Origin: Azolla caroliniana
Taxonomy: Eukaryota; Plantae; Polypodiophyta
Direction: 5' to 3'
DNA: 64,000 nucleotides
NCBI GenBank assembly: GCA_043228905.1
Contig: JBHGNT010000002.1
Span: 25,730,001 to 25,794,000, forward strand
In this document: positions 1 through 14,672 of the stretch, one piece after another
How positions within the stretch are numbered: position 1 is the first letter of the stretch
Layout: each line of letters opens with the position of its first letter
Notes under the pieces: model-generated
What the model was told of the DNA's origin: nothing
Database searches by the model: none
The model's input: only the letters and a program-made list of their open reading frames with translations
Position numbers and translations under genes: made by a program

Positions 1-560
1 GCCGGCTGGCGCAGCGTGACGTTGGTGACTGTGCCGGTGCCGCTGAGGATGCAGACGCCGCGCTGCCGCCGGCGCGCGTATGTGGAGATGGTGTCGCCCA
101 CGTCGCAGCCGCTAGCGATCTCCAGGACGTGGGCGCGCAGGGCGTTGGGGGAGTCGCGGGTGATGATGATGGGGGGCTTGGGTTTGTTCTTGGATCCCGG
201 GGGTCGGCCGCGGGGCCGGCGAGGGGCGTCATCGCCGCCGCCGGTGGTGGTGAGGGCGAGGTTGTTGGGGTCCGCGTTGGTATTGTTTCCACCGCCGCTA
301 TTCCCGCTTGTGTCGTCGTCTGAATGCTGGCCCGCGGCGGCGGCGGCAGCGGCAGCGTTAGAGTGAACTAGGTTGTGGAGGTGCTGCTGGTGGTGATGCT
401 GTTGTTGTTGTTGCTGCTGCTGGTGCTGCTGGTGATGGTGATGAGAATGAATGTTAGTGCTGTGGTTGTTGTTCCCTCCGCCTCCGCCGCCTCCGCCGCC
501 GCCGTGATGGCTGGATGAAGAGAGCGGCAACCCTAAGAGTCCTGGATGGTGTCCTGCCAT
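1..560 (-). CDS. AHL: AT-hook motif nuclear-localized protein (clade A AHL; AT-hook + PPC/DUF296), 5' part; 3' end lies outside the window
   Basis: Manual translation from ATG at 560: [10 protein letters not shown], poly-G/H/Q/A tracts, then [73 protein letters not shown]. This is the canonical type-1 AT-hook plus the start of the PPC domain. It is absent from the ORF track because there is no stop in the window. Confidence 0.96.
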   Translation of the reverse strand, partial: MAGHHPGLLGLPLSSSSHHGGGGGGGGGGNNNHSTNIHSHHHHQQHQQQQQQQQHHHQQHLHNLVHSNAAAAAAAAGQHSDDDTSGNSGGGNNTNADPNNLALTTTGGGDDAPRRPRGRPPGSKNKPKPPIIITRDSPNALRAHVLEIASGCDVGDTISTYARRRQRGVCILSGTGTVTNVTLRQP

Positions 561-614
561 GTTGAAATTGCGGCTGTGATGATTATATGCTGCAGCATTC
601 CCCTCAGCCTATGA

Positions 615-1722
615 ATCTCTCTCTCTTCCTCTGTTTCTACCCTTTTCTCTATCTGTCTTCCTCTCTCTCTCTCTCTCTCTCTATCTGCCTGTGTTGTGTT
701 CACTGTTTTGGCCCTTCCTCCCTCGCTACCTATGTATTGTCTCTGTTAAGTATTACTTATTGGCGCTGATGGACAGACAGGGACGGAAGATGAAGCTAGA
801 TAGAAACAGGGGGGAAGGAGGAGGATTAATGGAAGAAGGGAGAGTGATTATAGGGTTGTGTATATAATAAATAGCTTATATGTTCTAAGGCCAAAAGAAA
901 ACAGAGGATTAAACACTCTAAAACTAGAGAGAGAGAGAGAGACACACACACACACACACTCAGAGAGGAAATCTATATTGAATGCTACAGAGAGACTTGG
1001 AAAGAGAGAGAGAGACAGAGAATCAATTCAGACTTCGAAGGAGAGAAGGGGGGGGGGAGGGGGGGAGGGGGAAATAAAACGTAGAAATAATATACATATT
1101 AGAGAGACACTAATACTCAGTCTTAAGCATTTAAAAGGATAGATATGAGAGAGAGAGAGAGAGTGTCTAGAGAGAAAACCTAGACGGAGAGGCTAGAGAG
1201 AGAAAGAGAAAGAGAGAGAGAATGTGTGTGTGTAGGTTTTTTAACCAAAGGGTAACAAACAAACAGACAGACAGACAGAGACAGAGACATTGAAGAATGA
1301 AAGAGGAGAGAAGGGAAGAAAGAAGAAAGGAAATGAATGAATGAAGTCGAGATTTGAACCTAGGACTTTTCAGGGAGTGGATGACGTGGACTGCCACGTC
1401 GGACTGATGCCACGTGGACGCCAATCATCCTCTCCCCCCCCTCCCCCTGCTGGCTCTTGGCGATCGATCTGACGGCTGTCTGCCGCCTCCCACGTTCTTC
1501 TCTGTAGAAAATGGACGGCTCAGATCCTTCATCTCTCTCTCTCTCTCTCTCTTTCTCTCTCCATATCCCATTCATTTGAGTCAGTGAGTCAGTCAGTGAG
1601 TCAAGTCATTCATCCGCCCCTGGCCAAATGCGAAACGATTCCATTTTTCTCTTTTCTGTCTCTCTATATTTCGCTTTCTTTGCTCTTTTTCTTATTATTC
1701 AATCTCCGCTCCTCCCCCAAAC

Positions 1723-1759
<37 letters not shown>

Positions 1760-2046
1760 AAAAAAGGGAAAGCCCAAGAGAGAGAGAGAGAGAGAGAGAA
1801 AGAGATGCTTTTGGCTTAGTTAAATGTTTTGGTTTCACATTAGCCGAGACAGGGCCAACACTCTTCCCATCTGCACGTTCTCTTTTTATGCGTCCAATGA
1901 TACTCAACCTAGAAAAGCAAATCAATGGCCAAAGCGCGCGCGCGCACACACACACACTCTTGTGTGTATGCTATGGGATGGGGGCCATGGCCTCTCGCTC
2001 GCTCCATATTGATTGTTAATTGTGGTGCCTCTAAACAAATAAATCA

Positions 2047-2082
<36 letters not shown>

Positions 2083-2391
2083 ATGTTATGTACATATTGT
2101 GTTCGGACATCATCGTGGGCACTGCTGAATAAATTTACTATTCATAATTGTTGGATCTCTTTTGATGTTTGGTTTGATTAGGCACGAAGAGTTGAATCGG
2201 AAAGAATTGGATGCTTTCCAAACCATGAACTCTGCATAATATATACATATACCATAGTAGTAGTAGTAGTAATAATCATCATCATCATCATCATCATAAT
2301 ATAATAAACAATAATAATGATAATAAATAATAATTCTATTATTATCATTGATCCACAACCCTTAGAGAATTGGGAAGGATGATGATCATGC

Positions 2392-2450
<59 letters not shown>

Positions 2451-2475
2451 GGTGCTTCTTCTTCTTCTTCTTCTG
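615..2475. repeat. Microsatellite-dense region upstream of AHL: (GA)n/(CT)n, (CA)n, (TA)n, (CAT)n
   Basis: Many GA/CT and CA/TG runs, e.g. 927-960, 1728-1800, 2391-2448. Confidence 0.9.
1382..1603. promoter_or_regulatory. Cluster of bZIP-type motifs 0.8-1.0 kb upstream of the AHL ATG
   Basis: TGACGTGG 1382, GCCACGTC 1393, GCCACGTGG 1409, CCAAT 1421; TGAGTCA at 1577, 1585 and 1597. Function is inferred. Confidence 0.45.
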
Positions 2476-3206
2476 TAATCAGGTTGCCTCATGATGTGCA
2501 GCAGCAGCCTCAAAACAACTATACATAAATATTATGGGAAAAGAAAAGAGAAGCGTTTACATATATCGTTTTTAATTCATGGGAAGACTTAATCAATTTG
2601 CATCCTTACGTTTTCCAGACATCGGTGAGAGAGCTCTCTCTATGCATTAGCTTAAATCCTAATATTTCTCGTTATTTTTCGGGGACTTCAGTCGATGGCT
2701 TTGTGTGAAAAGAATGCATGTTTCTGGATTGTTTTGTTATTCCCAATTAATTAACAACATTATACAATATAGGCCGCCCCTCCTGCTTTGGTTTCGTTAT
2801 TCTGATCATTTGCTTGCACTTTATGCTTACTATGAGGACACTTAATATAATGGCCAAAGTGCCCTTACATACCTAATCTACACACACATGTATAGTAGGA
2901 ATTTGCTCGAAGAATATTTGTAAATGTGTCGAGTAATGCTATAATATCTATGTCTTCATATATAATTATATGTTGCTATATTTCAATGCAATTACATATA
3001 TCTCTATCTATAGTACCAATATGTACATATACTCGTAATAAATTTGCTAGGAACCCATCCAATGTAGTGGGAGCTAATTACAATAAATTATTATGCAATC
3101 ACCACCATATGTATATATTGAGCACGTTGGTTTTTTTAGTACATTTCGAATGTTGGATTGTTATTATTTTGTTTCTCATCCATTCTATATTTGATCAATC
3201 TTTTAA

Positions 3207-3245
<39 letters not shown>

Positions 3246-5329
3246 CATAGTATATATGTGTGTGTTATAGAATCTAGATAGAGTTAAGTAAATAAAAAGA
3301 ATTGTCATTCACTTGACTTTTGTCACCTCTAGTGATGAATGTATATGCATGTACATAAGTAAATATATATGCTATGGTCTTCTCTACCATTTGCATGCCC
3401 CAAAATTTTGAGGAAACATACTTGTGTTTTTCAATTGCTATAAATAATCACCTTACAAGAAGAATCCAATACCCTATCTCAATCTTTATAATTATGATGA
3501 ATATTTAGGGGCACCCATCCATGATTGGTGCTAATAATTAGTCCTTTCTTTTCACATTAACCTAGAAACCTCTTTTAAGCCCTCTTTTCTTCCTTATTAT
3601 GGGACCCTATAAGGTTGAATAAGTTATTACATAAGCATAAATGTATAAATATTTTGCTTCAGGAGTCTTATTATATTGGAGAGAAGAACTAAGTTTGAGG
3701 TAATATCTCGGTGGACTGGACTATAAATATAACTAGTGGTACATTAATAGCATTTACCTAGTTCTACTCAATCATGAGCATTTCCATTTTCAACATTATC
3801 TCTTTATCACATCACCAGCATTCAATGCGACGGCGTCCCCAACATCAAAATGTGTGGCTATTTCGGACCTTATATTATATGATGATCTTTCTCTTAGGTT
3901 TATACATATGAATGTGTGTGTGTGTATGTGTATATATATATATATATGTATGTATATAGTGTATTAGATATTGAAGAGTCCACTACAAACATACTTATAA
4001 GTGGTGTATTTAACTTTAGACACAAGTCAAACATTAGATTTTCCATGGTTATATTTATAGCATCTAGAGAAATATAACTTGGGGTCTAGTATATGTATAT
4101 ATATATATATATATATTTAGAATATTTAAGAGGGATAAAGATAGCAATAATATTGTTGTTTGTCTTTCATCGGGGAGGTGTGCTCTCCAAACTTTAAAAA
4201 AAATATGTGTGCTACATACATATGTTTAAGGCACAAAATATTGGTGTGGTATATAACTAATCACATTACATCCATTTTCAACATTATCTGTAGACATTGC
4301 GCTATATTAATGCACGTTCATCCTTCAATGGAACTTTGTCGCATCGATTTCATATAATTATCATTGAGATGGTCTTCTCCTACGATATTTATATGGTGAA
4401 AATATTTGAAACTCTATAAAAACTCAAAAGAACGTTGCAATGTAGACAATTAGATATTGAACGACACACTAATGAGTCAAAGGTTAGTATCATCACCATA
4501 TAATAACTTTAGGGGAAAAATAACTAGTTGGGTCTAATATTATACATTGGAGTATATTATACATAGTAAGGTTTGAAAGATACACTTGTGTATAATTATT
4601 GCTCACTAGTAATCTTGCTAAATGTTTTGTACAATATCAATATGCACAAACATGTGTATACCAATATATGATCAATATTAAACAAAGTTGAACTCAATAA
4701 ATATAACATCCGCCTCATGCTAAAAACTCAAATCTACTAATATTAATCCATGAATTCGTACCAATGTCCAATGTATGTAGGTGGAGTTACATCAATAGAG
4801 CTTTTGAGAATGATGAGAATTAACTATAGTATCTATATTTTGTACACTTGTGCATCTTGTGTAGTATATTTGTGTACACTATAAGGATTTTACTTATTGA
4901 CGTGTTTTTCTTTGCCCAACAATATAGAATGGTCCTTTACAATTAACATCTATGCATGAATACATAATGGAGGCTAATTTCTACACATAAAAGTTTGAAA
5001 TTTAGTTGCTAGTTAGTCATAATGTCAAAGAACAGAAGGTTCAAAATTATAGGCATTTGGCTCAGGTGAGTGGAGCATAAACTATCCATTTCTAAACATG
5101 ATTCGAGGTATGTTAGGCTCTACTTTAATGCATAGCTTCATGATAGAATTGCATGCCTCGAACATTAGACCCATCCAACTTTTACATTGCAAGATTATGA
5201 TCAACCATAGAGAAACCCTTATCCCTCATCAACCGATATTTTTGCTCCAACTTTTCCACTATAATAGTCACTACAAAAAATTGCAACAAACTGGTGGTCG
5301 AAAATTCGAGAGATAATGTCACATTGACA

Positions 5330-5620
5330 TATGTTGTGAAGTTATTTATTGATCTAGGTGTTCACTCAAGCTTGTCATGTGCAAAGGAGACTATATGTTA
5401 ACTAGAGCAATGAAGGGCTTGAGGAAGTATTACATGGAGTATGTCAATTGCCCATAAACCAGTGAATGAATTGGCAGATGTTGACAAACCATGCTCTCCA
5501 AATGATTATGAAGAAAATTGAGGAGGAAAATTCAATAGATTGGACTCACAATCTCAATTCCATGCTTTTGACATACAAAACCAACATAAATTCAACACCA
5601 AAGTTACTATTGGATTGTAT
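5330..5620 (+). pseudogene. Highly degenerate Ty3/gypsy integrase remnant
   Basis: TNHALQMIMKKIEEENSIDWTHNLNSMLLTYKT resembles the post-catalytic integrase helix (N..L..ILKK....DW...L..AL.AYRT). Confidence 0.45.
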
Positions 5621-6242
5621 ATTTACTACACTGACTTTATCATCTTAGTGGAAATTGATGGATGTTGACAAGGTAAATGAACAATCAATTCTTTCTATGT
5701 TGCATGTCCACCAACGTATTTGAACAAAAAACAAGTTGAACCTTGCCTGAGCCTTTTAACCCCTTCAATATAGGCCCGAATCATACTAGCATAAACCTTA
5801 AGTTTGTTGTTATCATTGCAACTAATTAGGTTACTCCGTTAGGGTTGATATGTGGAAACATACTATTGATCAATTGCAAACCTACTCAACTCACTTTTTC
5901 TATCATGTGGATGCACACAAGCATTTCAATATTCATGGTTCTCGAGGTTTTTAGATTGGGCCATGTATAAACCAACGATCCAATCGTTATATCAATGATA
6001 ATGTGTTCACAAAGATAAAATACACAACTTGTTCATTGTCTCTCTACACATGCATCTCATGTGCCAAATACTCTATATGGAATGCATGTGATGTTGTACA
6101 AAAAATGACAGTCATACTAATGCAGCCTGCATATGAGATTATACATGATGTCACTAATGGAGACATATAATTAGACAAACACGAACAATATTGTGTGTAA
6201 TTGAAATGGTTTACTATACTAATATATATGTTCAGGACAATG

Positions 6243-6475
6243 TGTCTTTAATTTCGTGATGCAGCACCATATGTCTTTAATTTCGTGATGCAACACCATA
6301 TGCTTTAGTTGTATTAACATTTATTTAATATATGGGAACTCTCGAAGAATCTTAAACTATATTAATGTAGATGCTTTAAATTTGGGAAATCTTAAGCACA
6401 ATATGTCTTAATGTACATGCTTTAAATTTGGCAACTCTTGAGCATAAGATGTCTTAATGTAGATGCTTTAAATAT
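6243..6475. repeat. Short local direct repeats
   Basis: GTCTTTAATTTCGTGATGCA twice; TTAATGTA(G/C)ATGCTTTAAA three times at about 52-bp spacing. Confidence 0.6.
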
Positions 6476-9400
6476 GGGATCATACCAGAATATGTAAAAC
6501 ATTTAGAAAAATTGTAGTTGACCAATAATCGACTATATGCATTATCTTATTCTTTTAATAGGTATCTAAACAATTAGTAACCTAATATAAATATTTGGTG
6601 ACAATAGTTTCCAACAACTACAAGTTATAAGTTATAACGAACCCCATTGTTGTCCACCCCCCCCCCCCCCCCCCCCCCCCTCACAAATGTGATATTAGAA
6701 AGCACACATGCATTTAAAAATATATCCTTAATATTTATTCAAATTTATTTACATAGATGTAGTTTTAAGACTTCTCACTTTCTCTAGCTATACCAACCCA
6801 TGTCCTAATTCATTGTTTTTTTGGCACATCTCTTAATATTATATATGCTATCGAGATCATGATACTAAAAAGACAATTTGTCTAATTTTCTTAGAGTCAG
6901 CTAATCTTGACACATTATCCATCAAGTGCTAGCACACCCTTTCTAGTATGTTTAGGAACATTTTGCAATATGATTCCTAACAATTATAAGATGCAAAAGG
7001 TTACAACCTTGATAATGATACTACTATGTAACAACCTCGATCATATCTATTGTATATGATGGATGATGAGCCAAAATCATGTATATGTTTTGTACTAAGG
7101 CGTGGGTGCCACTAGAAAGGCAACAATATCATGCGTGTTAATACTTTAGATTATATCTGATGTATATGAACATACTAGGTGTCCCTTGAATGCATATTAA
7201 CTTAAGTTGGTAAACTCATTACACTTTAATACCTTAACCATTTGGCTAAACACCAAGGAACTAGGCCTTAATTCTTGATGTTTTTTTGATTGATCATCAT
7301 TAAAACTCCATGAGACACAAAGCAATGTGATTTCTTCACTCAAAGTATATACTTAGAAGGTGTCTTTATCAAGAAAAATTGAGACCATGTTCTTGAGATG
7401 ATCCATCTAAAAGTCAATTTGTATGTGGTATTGCATATTGGTGGCAATACACAACTCACAAACCATAGAATCAATTCATCGACAAGTAACTAGTCATTCT
7501 ATATTTATATGTAAGAAAGTTTGGCACTTTCATAAGTCTATTTATGATAATTTTAGCTAGATACTATAATGTTTTTAGATAGATACTATAATTTATTCCT
7601 CCCAATTTATCCTTTTATACTTGAACCTATATTGAATGTTTTTGTGGATAATTTAGTTCTCTTCTTACTTGAAATGTTAACTGTTTAGATGTAGGTAACC
7701 TTTTCTTAAGAAATGCTTCATGAAAAAGTTCAATGTGTTGGTTTTGCTAGTCATGACAATTATACGTCTTGAACATTATTTGAGTCATGGAAGCTGGAAT
7801 AGAGTGTGCCTTGGTTCTAAATATCTATGAGGCCTCTTCATGAGTATGAATTACCCCTCTTGTAAGAAACCTTGGTATATGACATTTTAGATAGTTCATG
7901 TACCTTGATATATATAAAGGAGGTATTTTTAATAAATCGATAACTCAATAATCGTGTTTAGAAAGTCAAGAAATGAAAGTTTGTTCTAAGGTCATGGATT
8001 ACAATGAAATTATAAACAAATGCCATAAGTGGTGACTAGTGATATTAATATAATACAAATTATTAATTGAAATGAAGAACCAATATGCGTGATGGAAAGC
8101 AATCACCACATTTGTCAATACTTGGCGTGAACTTGTAAATATTGTTAATTTATTAAGCGGTATTCCAACGACCCCACGTGATCAACACGTTGTGGCTTTG
8201 ATTGAGATGCGTGGCTGCCAAAGATGTAAAAGAGAAACAAAATTAGGTGAGACAACAAATACAAGTTATACAACCATGGCATGGAAGATTGAACAGTATT
8301 TGCAATTCTCTGGTAATGGAGCTAACCGCGACATCAAAACTTCCAAACCATGATGAAAAGTAAGGTCGGGTGCATTGACATGTGATTGTGGGCCATCACA
8401 AGAATCATACATTGGAAATCCTTATTATAGTAGCATGATCATAAAGATGTTGAGATTCTAAAATTATAATGGGCGTTATCACCTTTTAATGGATGCTAAG
8501 ATCAAAGAAAAAGATGCCACAACTAGTCACATGGATCATATCCCTAGGATATAAGATGCATGTGACAATGTGCATGCTTATGCAACCTTCATGGGTTAGC
8601 TTGATGTTTGTGCAAGTTATAAACATAGACTCTCGCTCACACAAATATAGAGACAAAGATGAGTGACATGTATATAGCAGTGGCACACAAAACAATTGTG
8701 AAGCTCAGTATTAATAAACGTTTAACTAGTCATTTTTCATTTCAACAAAGATCGACAATTTTACTATGCTCTATCATTTACAAACACTTCTTTTATTAAG
8801 AGTTTATTTGTAACAAGTATATTAGATCTTAAATATATCATGCAGTTAAGTATTTCATCACCTTATAAAGCATGCTTTCCTTTCAAAAGCATAATGTCCA
8901 TGAATGCAGGAAGTAACTAAGAACACCTCATATAAACTAGTTGGACTGGTCCATTAGAATAATCTAAGGCACTATTTGCAAAATAAGTTATAGAGTCATA
9001 GAAATTATCATAGCTATTAGCATGAATTATTTGATAATATTAAATGGGAAACTTGCGACAAGTTTCGATTGCAAAAGTCCATGTGGTTTCTTAAGGTTTT
9101 TAGCTACTCAATGGTGTTGTCCAATATGGATACAATTAGACAATTTGGGAATTGTGGTAATTACTGTTGGAAATAGGAATTATTCACTTAAAATGCAAAG
9201 CAAAAGTTAAAGTATGGCTCAATCTCGTGGCCTTCCTATCAATATACAAGTTTATGGTTTGACTTATGTGTATACACATGGGAAACATGATCATCACTTT
9301 TAGTATACTGTGTAAAAACTTACATGCTCTAAAATTAGTATTAGTAATAATAGTGGTAGTAGCAATAGTAGAATTACATATTGATTCATCTTGGAAGCCT

Positions 9401-11601
9401 CTAGATTAAATGGTTCATAAAACTTTAACATAGGAAAAAGACTCAGTTTAAGCTTAAGATATATATATCTATATATTCTAGTTATGTGATAATGCTAGTT
9501 TTATTGGCATGGTGTATTAAGTGATTGGAAAATGCAAAAGATGCTAATGGTAGAGACAAAAAGCAAGAGAAAAAGGTTAAAACAATTAAGTAAGCAATGA
9601 ATATGTTAATAGAGAAGAGTGCATAGGGTGGGAAATTAGGGTGGGAAATTCGGAGGTAATGTCGGTAGTTTTGGTGACAATCAAACTTATTATTATTAAT
9701 GATATTGATATATTATATCTTTCATTTCACACATTGCCCAATGCCCTCCACGTTCTCTAACTTTTTCACCACCCCAACATTGTAAGTCAAGTGAAAAAGA
9801 TAGAGAGCTTGTATAGAACCAATATTGAATCATAATGCTCAACCACTCGATCTCCACTCCAAGATCGTGACATCATATAATTATGACATCACGTCGATAT
9901 CGATCCGAATCAATTCTTGTAGATCACTACTAGCTCCTCGAATTATAAGCTTCGCGCCAGAAAGTGACCCATGGATATAGTTGCTCCACTCCAATATCAT
10001 GCCAAAGTCTCATATCACGATCAATGGACGAATATGCTTCACCTAAATTCAACATTAGGTTCCTTGTTCAGTGGGTCAAATCTAGCTTTATTCATCTCAC
10101 ACATGGACATAAGCATCGTAAACTTGAACTAGGTCAATTCTAACTTTATGCTTAGGCCAACGTCATACTTAATGATCCTTGTTATAAAGCCGACCACCCT
10201 ATGCTTATATATTCGATCTTTTATATTTAAATTGATTCAGATGACAACCATCAAAGTGTCCTTATGCTTGAGGGATCAAACTTTAACCAAGTTGCAACAA
10301 TATATACTAAGACAAAGTCATGTTGAAAAGTATCTATGTCAAGGTAGATGATGTCATAAGATGTTACTCTATCGACATGATCAAATAGGAGTGACACACA
10401 AAGATTGATGTCAAGATGCTCAATTTCTATGCATAAAGCATACCGGGCGAATAGGATTGGTAGCCCTAACAAGTTTTGCTTGATCTCATCTTCATATGCC
10501 TATATAAGCTATAATAAAAATATTGATCGATTTCCTAATGTCGAGGGTATCAACATTTGAAAGTTGGCTTCCAACTCGTGTTGACGTTATCGAAATTTGA
10601 AAGTTGATCTCCTAGTATTGAGAATATCAAAGTTTGAAACTTGAGCTCCTCGTGTCAAGGGTATGGACATTAAATTTATGCATTTAGAAAAACTTTCAAT
10701 GTTATAACTACAATTGTATGGAAACCGTTTACGACTTCGGATAAGAACTTAAATCATTCACTTGCACATCCACATGATGCCATAACACTAAATGCTATTG
10801 AAAAGAACATACATTTGGGCATTTGGGAGAGATTGAAATGGATTACATTTTCAATAGAAAGACTATGAGTTACATATTAAGGTCTAGACATTATGATTGT
10901 TTATTATTATTATTATAACTTGAAATTTTTTAGTACAAGAATGGGGATGATGAACTCATTTTCTTCCCTTTACGGTAGTTCATTAGGCACTCATGTCGTA
11001 AATTTTTGCTGTATATTGATTTGCCCAATTGTGTGGAAGGAGCCCATTAAACACAAACTAACTCAATGGCACTACCAAGCACCCCGATGGCTGTTTCCCC
11101 CAATAGTTTCCAACAACGTCTAGGTGCTATAAATTTGTATAGTTATGGTACAAATAACTAGGTTATTGGAGTTTTTTGGATACGTTTGTTGAAAATGAGG
11201 TGGGGACTATGTCTGCTTTGGTGGGAAGGCCAGAGTGAGGGCTGTTGAGAGGAATTTTGAGAGTTCTATGATGTAATTTTGTTTGCTAACTAATGCGAAG
11301 TAGTGATTTTTTTGGAAAAAAATAAAAATAAAAAGGTTATTTTGCTTGATAAAAGAGAAAAACAATTTGAAGTATCAAAGATAGATTTTTTTGAAATATT
11401 AATAGATTAGTTGAGATGGGATTGATTAAAGGCAATCGAAGGATAATGAAAAATCTAAGACATTCCAAGAAATAAAGAACCCAAGGGTATTTTAGGGTTT
11501 TGTCTTGATAAATAACAATAACATATTAATACCATAGAAGGTATTTCCAAATATAGGTTAATAATATTTAGAATCTACCATTATTTCATGCTTTTAACCT
11601 T

Positions 11602-13990
11602 TTGTTTAATCCAACCTTGTTCAATCGTGCCCTTGCGGAGGGTTTTCCACCACAGTGGACTATGAATACAGTGGCCCCCATACATAAAGGGGGGGACCCC
11701 ATGGACCCAAATACATATAGGACCATTATGATAGGCCATACCCTTGCTAAGTTATATGGTGCAGTAATGGAAGCAGAGCTTAGCGACTATATGGAGACCC
11801 TAAACCTTCGTGCACTTGAACAAGCTGGTTTTAGACGAGCCTTCTCCACTATTGATCATATCTTCACACTTAGATGCCTAATTGACCAAACCAAGGCTCG
11901 CAAGAAGAAATTATATTGTTGTTTTGTGGACTTCTGCAAAGCCTTTGACACAGTCCCTAGAGAGCGGTTGTTTGATAGACTTAAAAGCTTGAGGATACCA
12001 GATGATATGGTATGGGCCATCTACGCACTATATGAACAAGTGTTCGGGTGTGTCCGATGCCCATGTGGCCTATCTAATCGTTTCACTAGCACTATTGGTG
12101 TAAAACAAGGTTGCCCCCTATCACCGACGCTTTTTGGGATCTACATTGATGAGATCACAGATTTTATTGCTCGTGAGGGGGGCACTGGAGTGGTCCTTGG
12201 GGATACGCAGGTTCGTATCTTGCTCTATGCGGATGACATAGTTTTGCTCTCTGAATCCGAACACGACCTACAAAGGCACCTTAATGCCTTAGATGACTTT
12301 TGTGTACAACGAGGATTGGTAGGGAATCTAGGGAAAACGAAAGTCCTTATCTTCCACACATCGGCCCAAGTTAGAGCTAAGTGTCACCTAACTATCTCCC
12401 ATAGCCCAGTCGAGGTGGTTGGATGATACGTCTATCTCAGAGTCACTTTTAGTGCCCGCTCAGGTAAATTTTCGATGACACAGGTAGCGAAGGATAGACT
12501 CACGAGAGGACATGCATCCCTCTCACTCCTAGAGAGACAATGCCACCAAACACACTTTCAAGAGCCACGGACTAAAGGGTGGCTCTTTGACTCATTAGTG
12601 ACCCCCTCCCTCATGTATGCATTAGCGGTTTGGGCTCCAGGATTACCATCTTTCATGGGGACGCAATTAGAGAGACCATTGGTGATGATGCTATCACGCC
12701 AACTCCGAAGAAAATCGACTGTACCACATGACATTATTAGGGCTGAGTTCACGTTACCCCCAATGTTAGTAGAGGCACTTTTTCAACTTGTAGTCTTCAT
12801 TCACAGGATACATAGCCAACCACATGATAGAATATCTCATCAAGCCTTTAAGGCCTCTCGATCATTGTATGAGTTCGGTTATACTAGCTCATGGTATGGC
12901 ATGATGGTGAGTTGGCTTCTTGCGAATGGTCTAGACATTAATAACCTACCTCCCCTTAGGTACAACCACACGAGTGATAACACTTTAATCTCTCATGAGG
13001 ACCGCAATAAAGTAATACGCCAAGAAATATGGCAAATTTACACTCGGTGTAAATGGATCACCCCACTAGAGCCACTCCCATCTAAAATGTTGTACTATAA
13101 GAAACACTTCATGCACTTCTCTGAGTTAGGTTTTATCACGCGGCCAAAATATCTAGATGTATTCTTACCACATGCACTAAGGGTTGCCATTGGACAACTT
13201 AGAATATCATCTCACCAACTAGAGATTGAGAATGGCCGTACTAGTGGAGTCCCTAGGGAGGAAAGGATATGTAGGTTATGTCACATAGAGATAGAGGATG
13301 AGTACCACTTTACATGCAAGTGTTCAACCTATGCCGAGATAAGGGCAAAATACCAAGACATACTTGGTTCGTCTCCCACCCTCCCCAAACTATTAGATAC
13401 TCTAGATATAAAGAAATTAGGCAAATACATTCTAGAGCTAAAACAACACAGAGAGAATAAGTTACAAAATGTTGACAATAATGTTGCTAATGATCACGAA
13501 CATGTAACAAATGAAGTTTTTCAGGAACAGGAGGAGACAACGAATGCCGACACACTTGCACCACTCGGCCTTTCCATTGATGAGGCAGAAAACCAGAGAA
13601 GAACCAGACGTCCTCGGGTGCCGGGTTTCAAAGCAACTCGACGTGATGTGGAAGCAATATTGAAAATAAGGGAACGTGAGCTACACCGCCCAGAAGCCAT
13701 GGCTAGGGCACTCTCTACATTGGAACCACGGGTCACACCCACATCAAGACCCTTTGACCCCCCACTTCTTTTCGAGAGGCTTGGGTGGAAATAAAATTAG
13801 GCTTAGTGTATAGTCACTTTCGAGTATACTACGTATTGTACACTACTAGAACTCTTTTAGTTTAAGTTCTATTTTTTACTTAATTTTATTTTAGTTATGA
13901 TAACTGGATAAATACTCTTTTGTTGTAAACCAATTGTCTCATGGGCCAAATTTGGCCTTAGAAGCCGTTAATATATCTTTCTTTCTACTA
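11602..13990 (+). mobile_element. 5'-truncated non-LTR retrotransposon (RTE-X-like LINE): RT plus C-terminal Cys/His knuckle, one in-frame stop
   Basis: ORFs 11602-12426 and 12475-13794 are in the same frame, separated by TGA at 12424. RT motifs QAGFR, DFCKAFD, GVKQGCPLSP, LLYADD; C-terminal ERICRLC...EDEYHFTCKC. Ends near a CTTT/CTA simple tail. No TSD found. Confidence 0.85.
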
Positions 13991-14553
13991 CAAATTCATG
14001 ACAATCCTAAAGTTGTCTTGCCGCCATCAAGTTATGGAACATTCATATTTTACTTAGACTTTCAATCTTGTTTAGTATGAATCATGAGATAGAAGTGACA
14101 TAATTTACCATATGGGACAAAGGAATGTTCTATAACATTGTTTTGACGAGGTGGAGTGGTTTTACTCTACACTGAAGTATTTATTTAAGTCAATAGTTCG
14201 AACTTAACCTTAATAAAATAGTAGGGGTAATTATGTACCTATATGTACATATTTCACATACAACATTAGGGCATTTTAATACTTATTTAGTGTCTTTTCT
14301 TGGATTTTTTTTGGCATAATTTATTATATATTAGCCTACTGTGGTTAGTATTTGAAATTGATTAGCTCGAGTTCATGTAAAGCTCTATGGTTTGGCACTA
14401 TTTCACAACATTGCTTGTAACATTGAACTACTTTGTATATTGCCTCTGGCCACTTTGCTTTTAATGCCAATGGAGGATATTTCTCTTGAAAAAACAAATT
14501 AGATCTAACATGTGTGTGCATACATATTAACATTGCCTTCTTGGCAAGGTAGG

Positions 14554-14672
14554 CACCTTAGTTGATGAGGTTTTTTTATGACACCTTTTCAAGTCATCAT
14601 AGTGTACCTTAGTTGATGAGGGTTTTTTATGACACCTTTTCATGTCATATGCGTGGTGTACCTTAGTTGATT
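14554..14672. repeat. About 53-bp tandem duplication (2 full copies + 1 partial)
   Basis: ACCTTAGTTGATGAGG(T/G)TTTTTTATGACACCTTTTCA repeated. Confidence 0.7.

Noticed and set aside
16-366. Plus-strand ORFs over the first 370 bp
   Set aside because: Antisense shadows of the AHL coding sequence.
587-3270. Many short ORFs rich in ER, SL and HT dipeptides
   Set aside because: Translations of GA/CA microsatellites.
6657-6680. Poly-C tract
   Set aside because: Isolated homopolymer with no associated structure.
9830-10670. Possible decayed retroelement with short repeats
   Set aside because: No recognisable domain or termini could be read.
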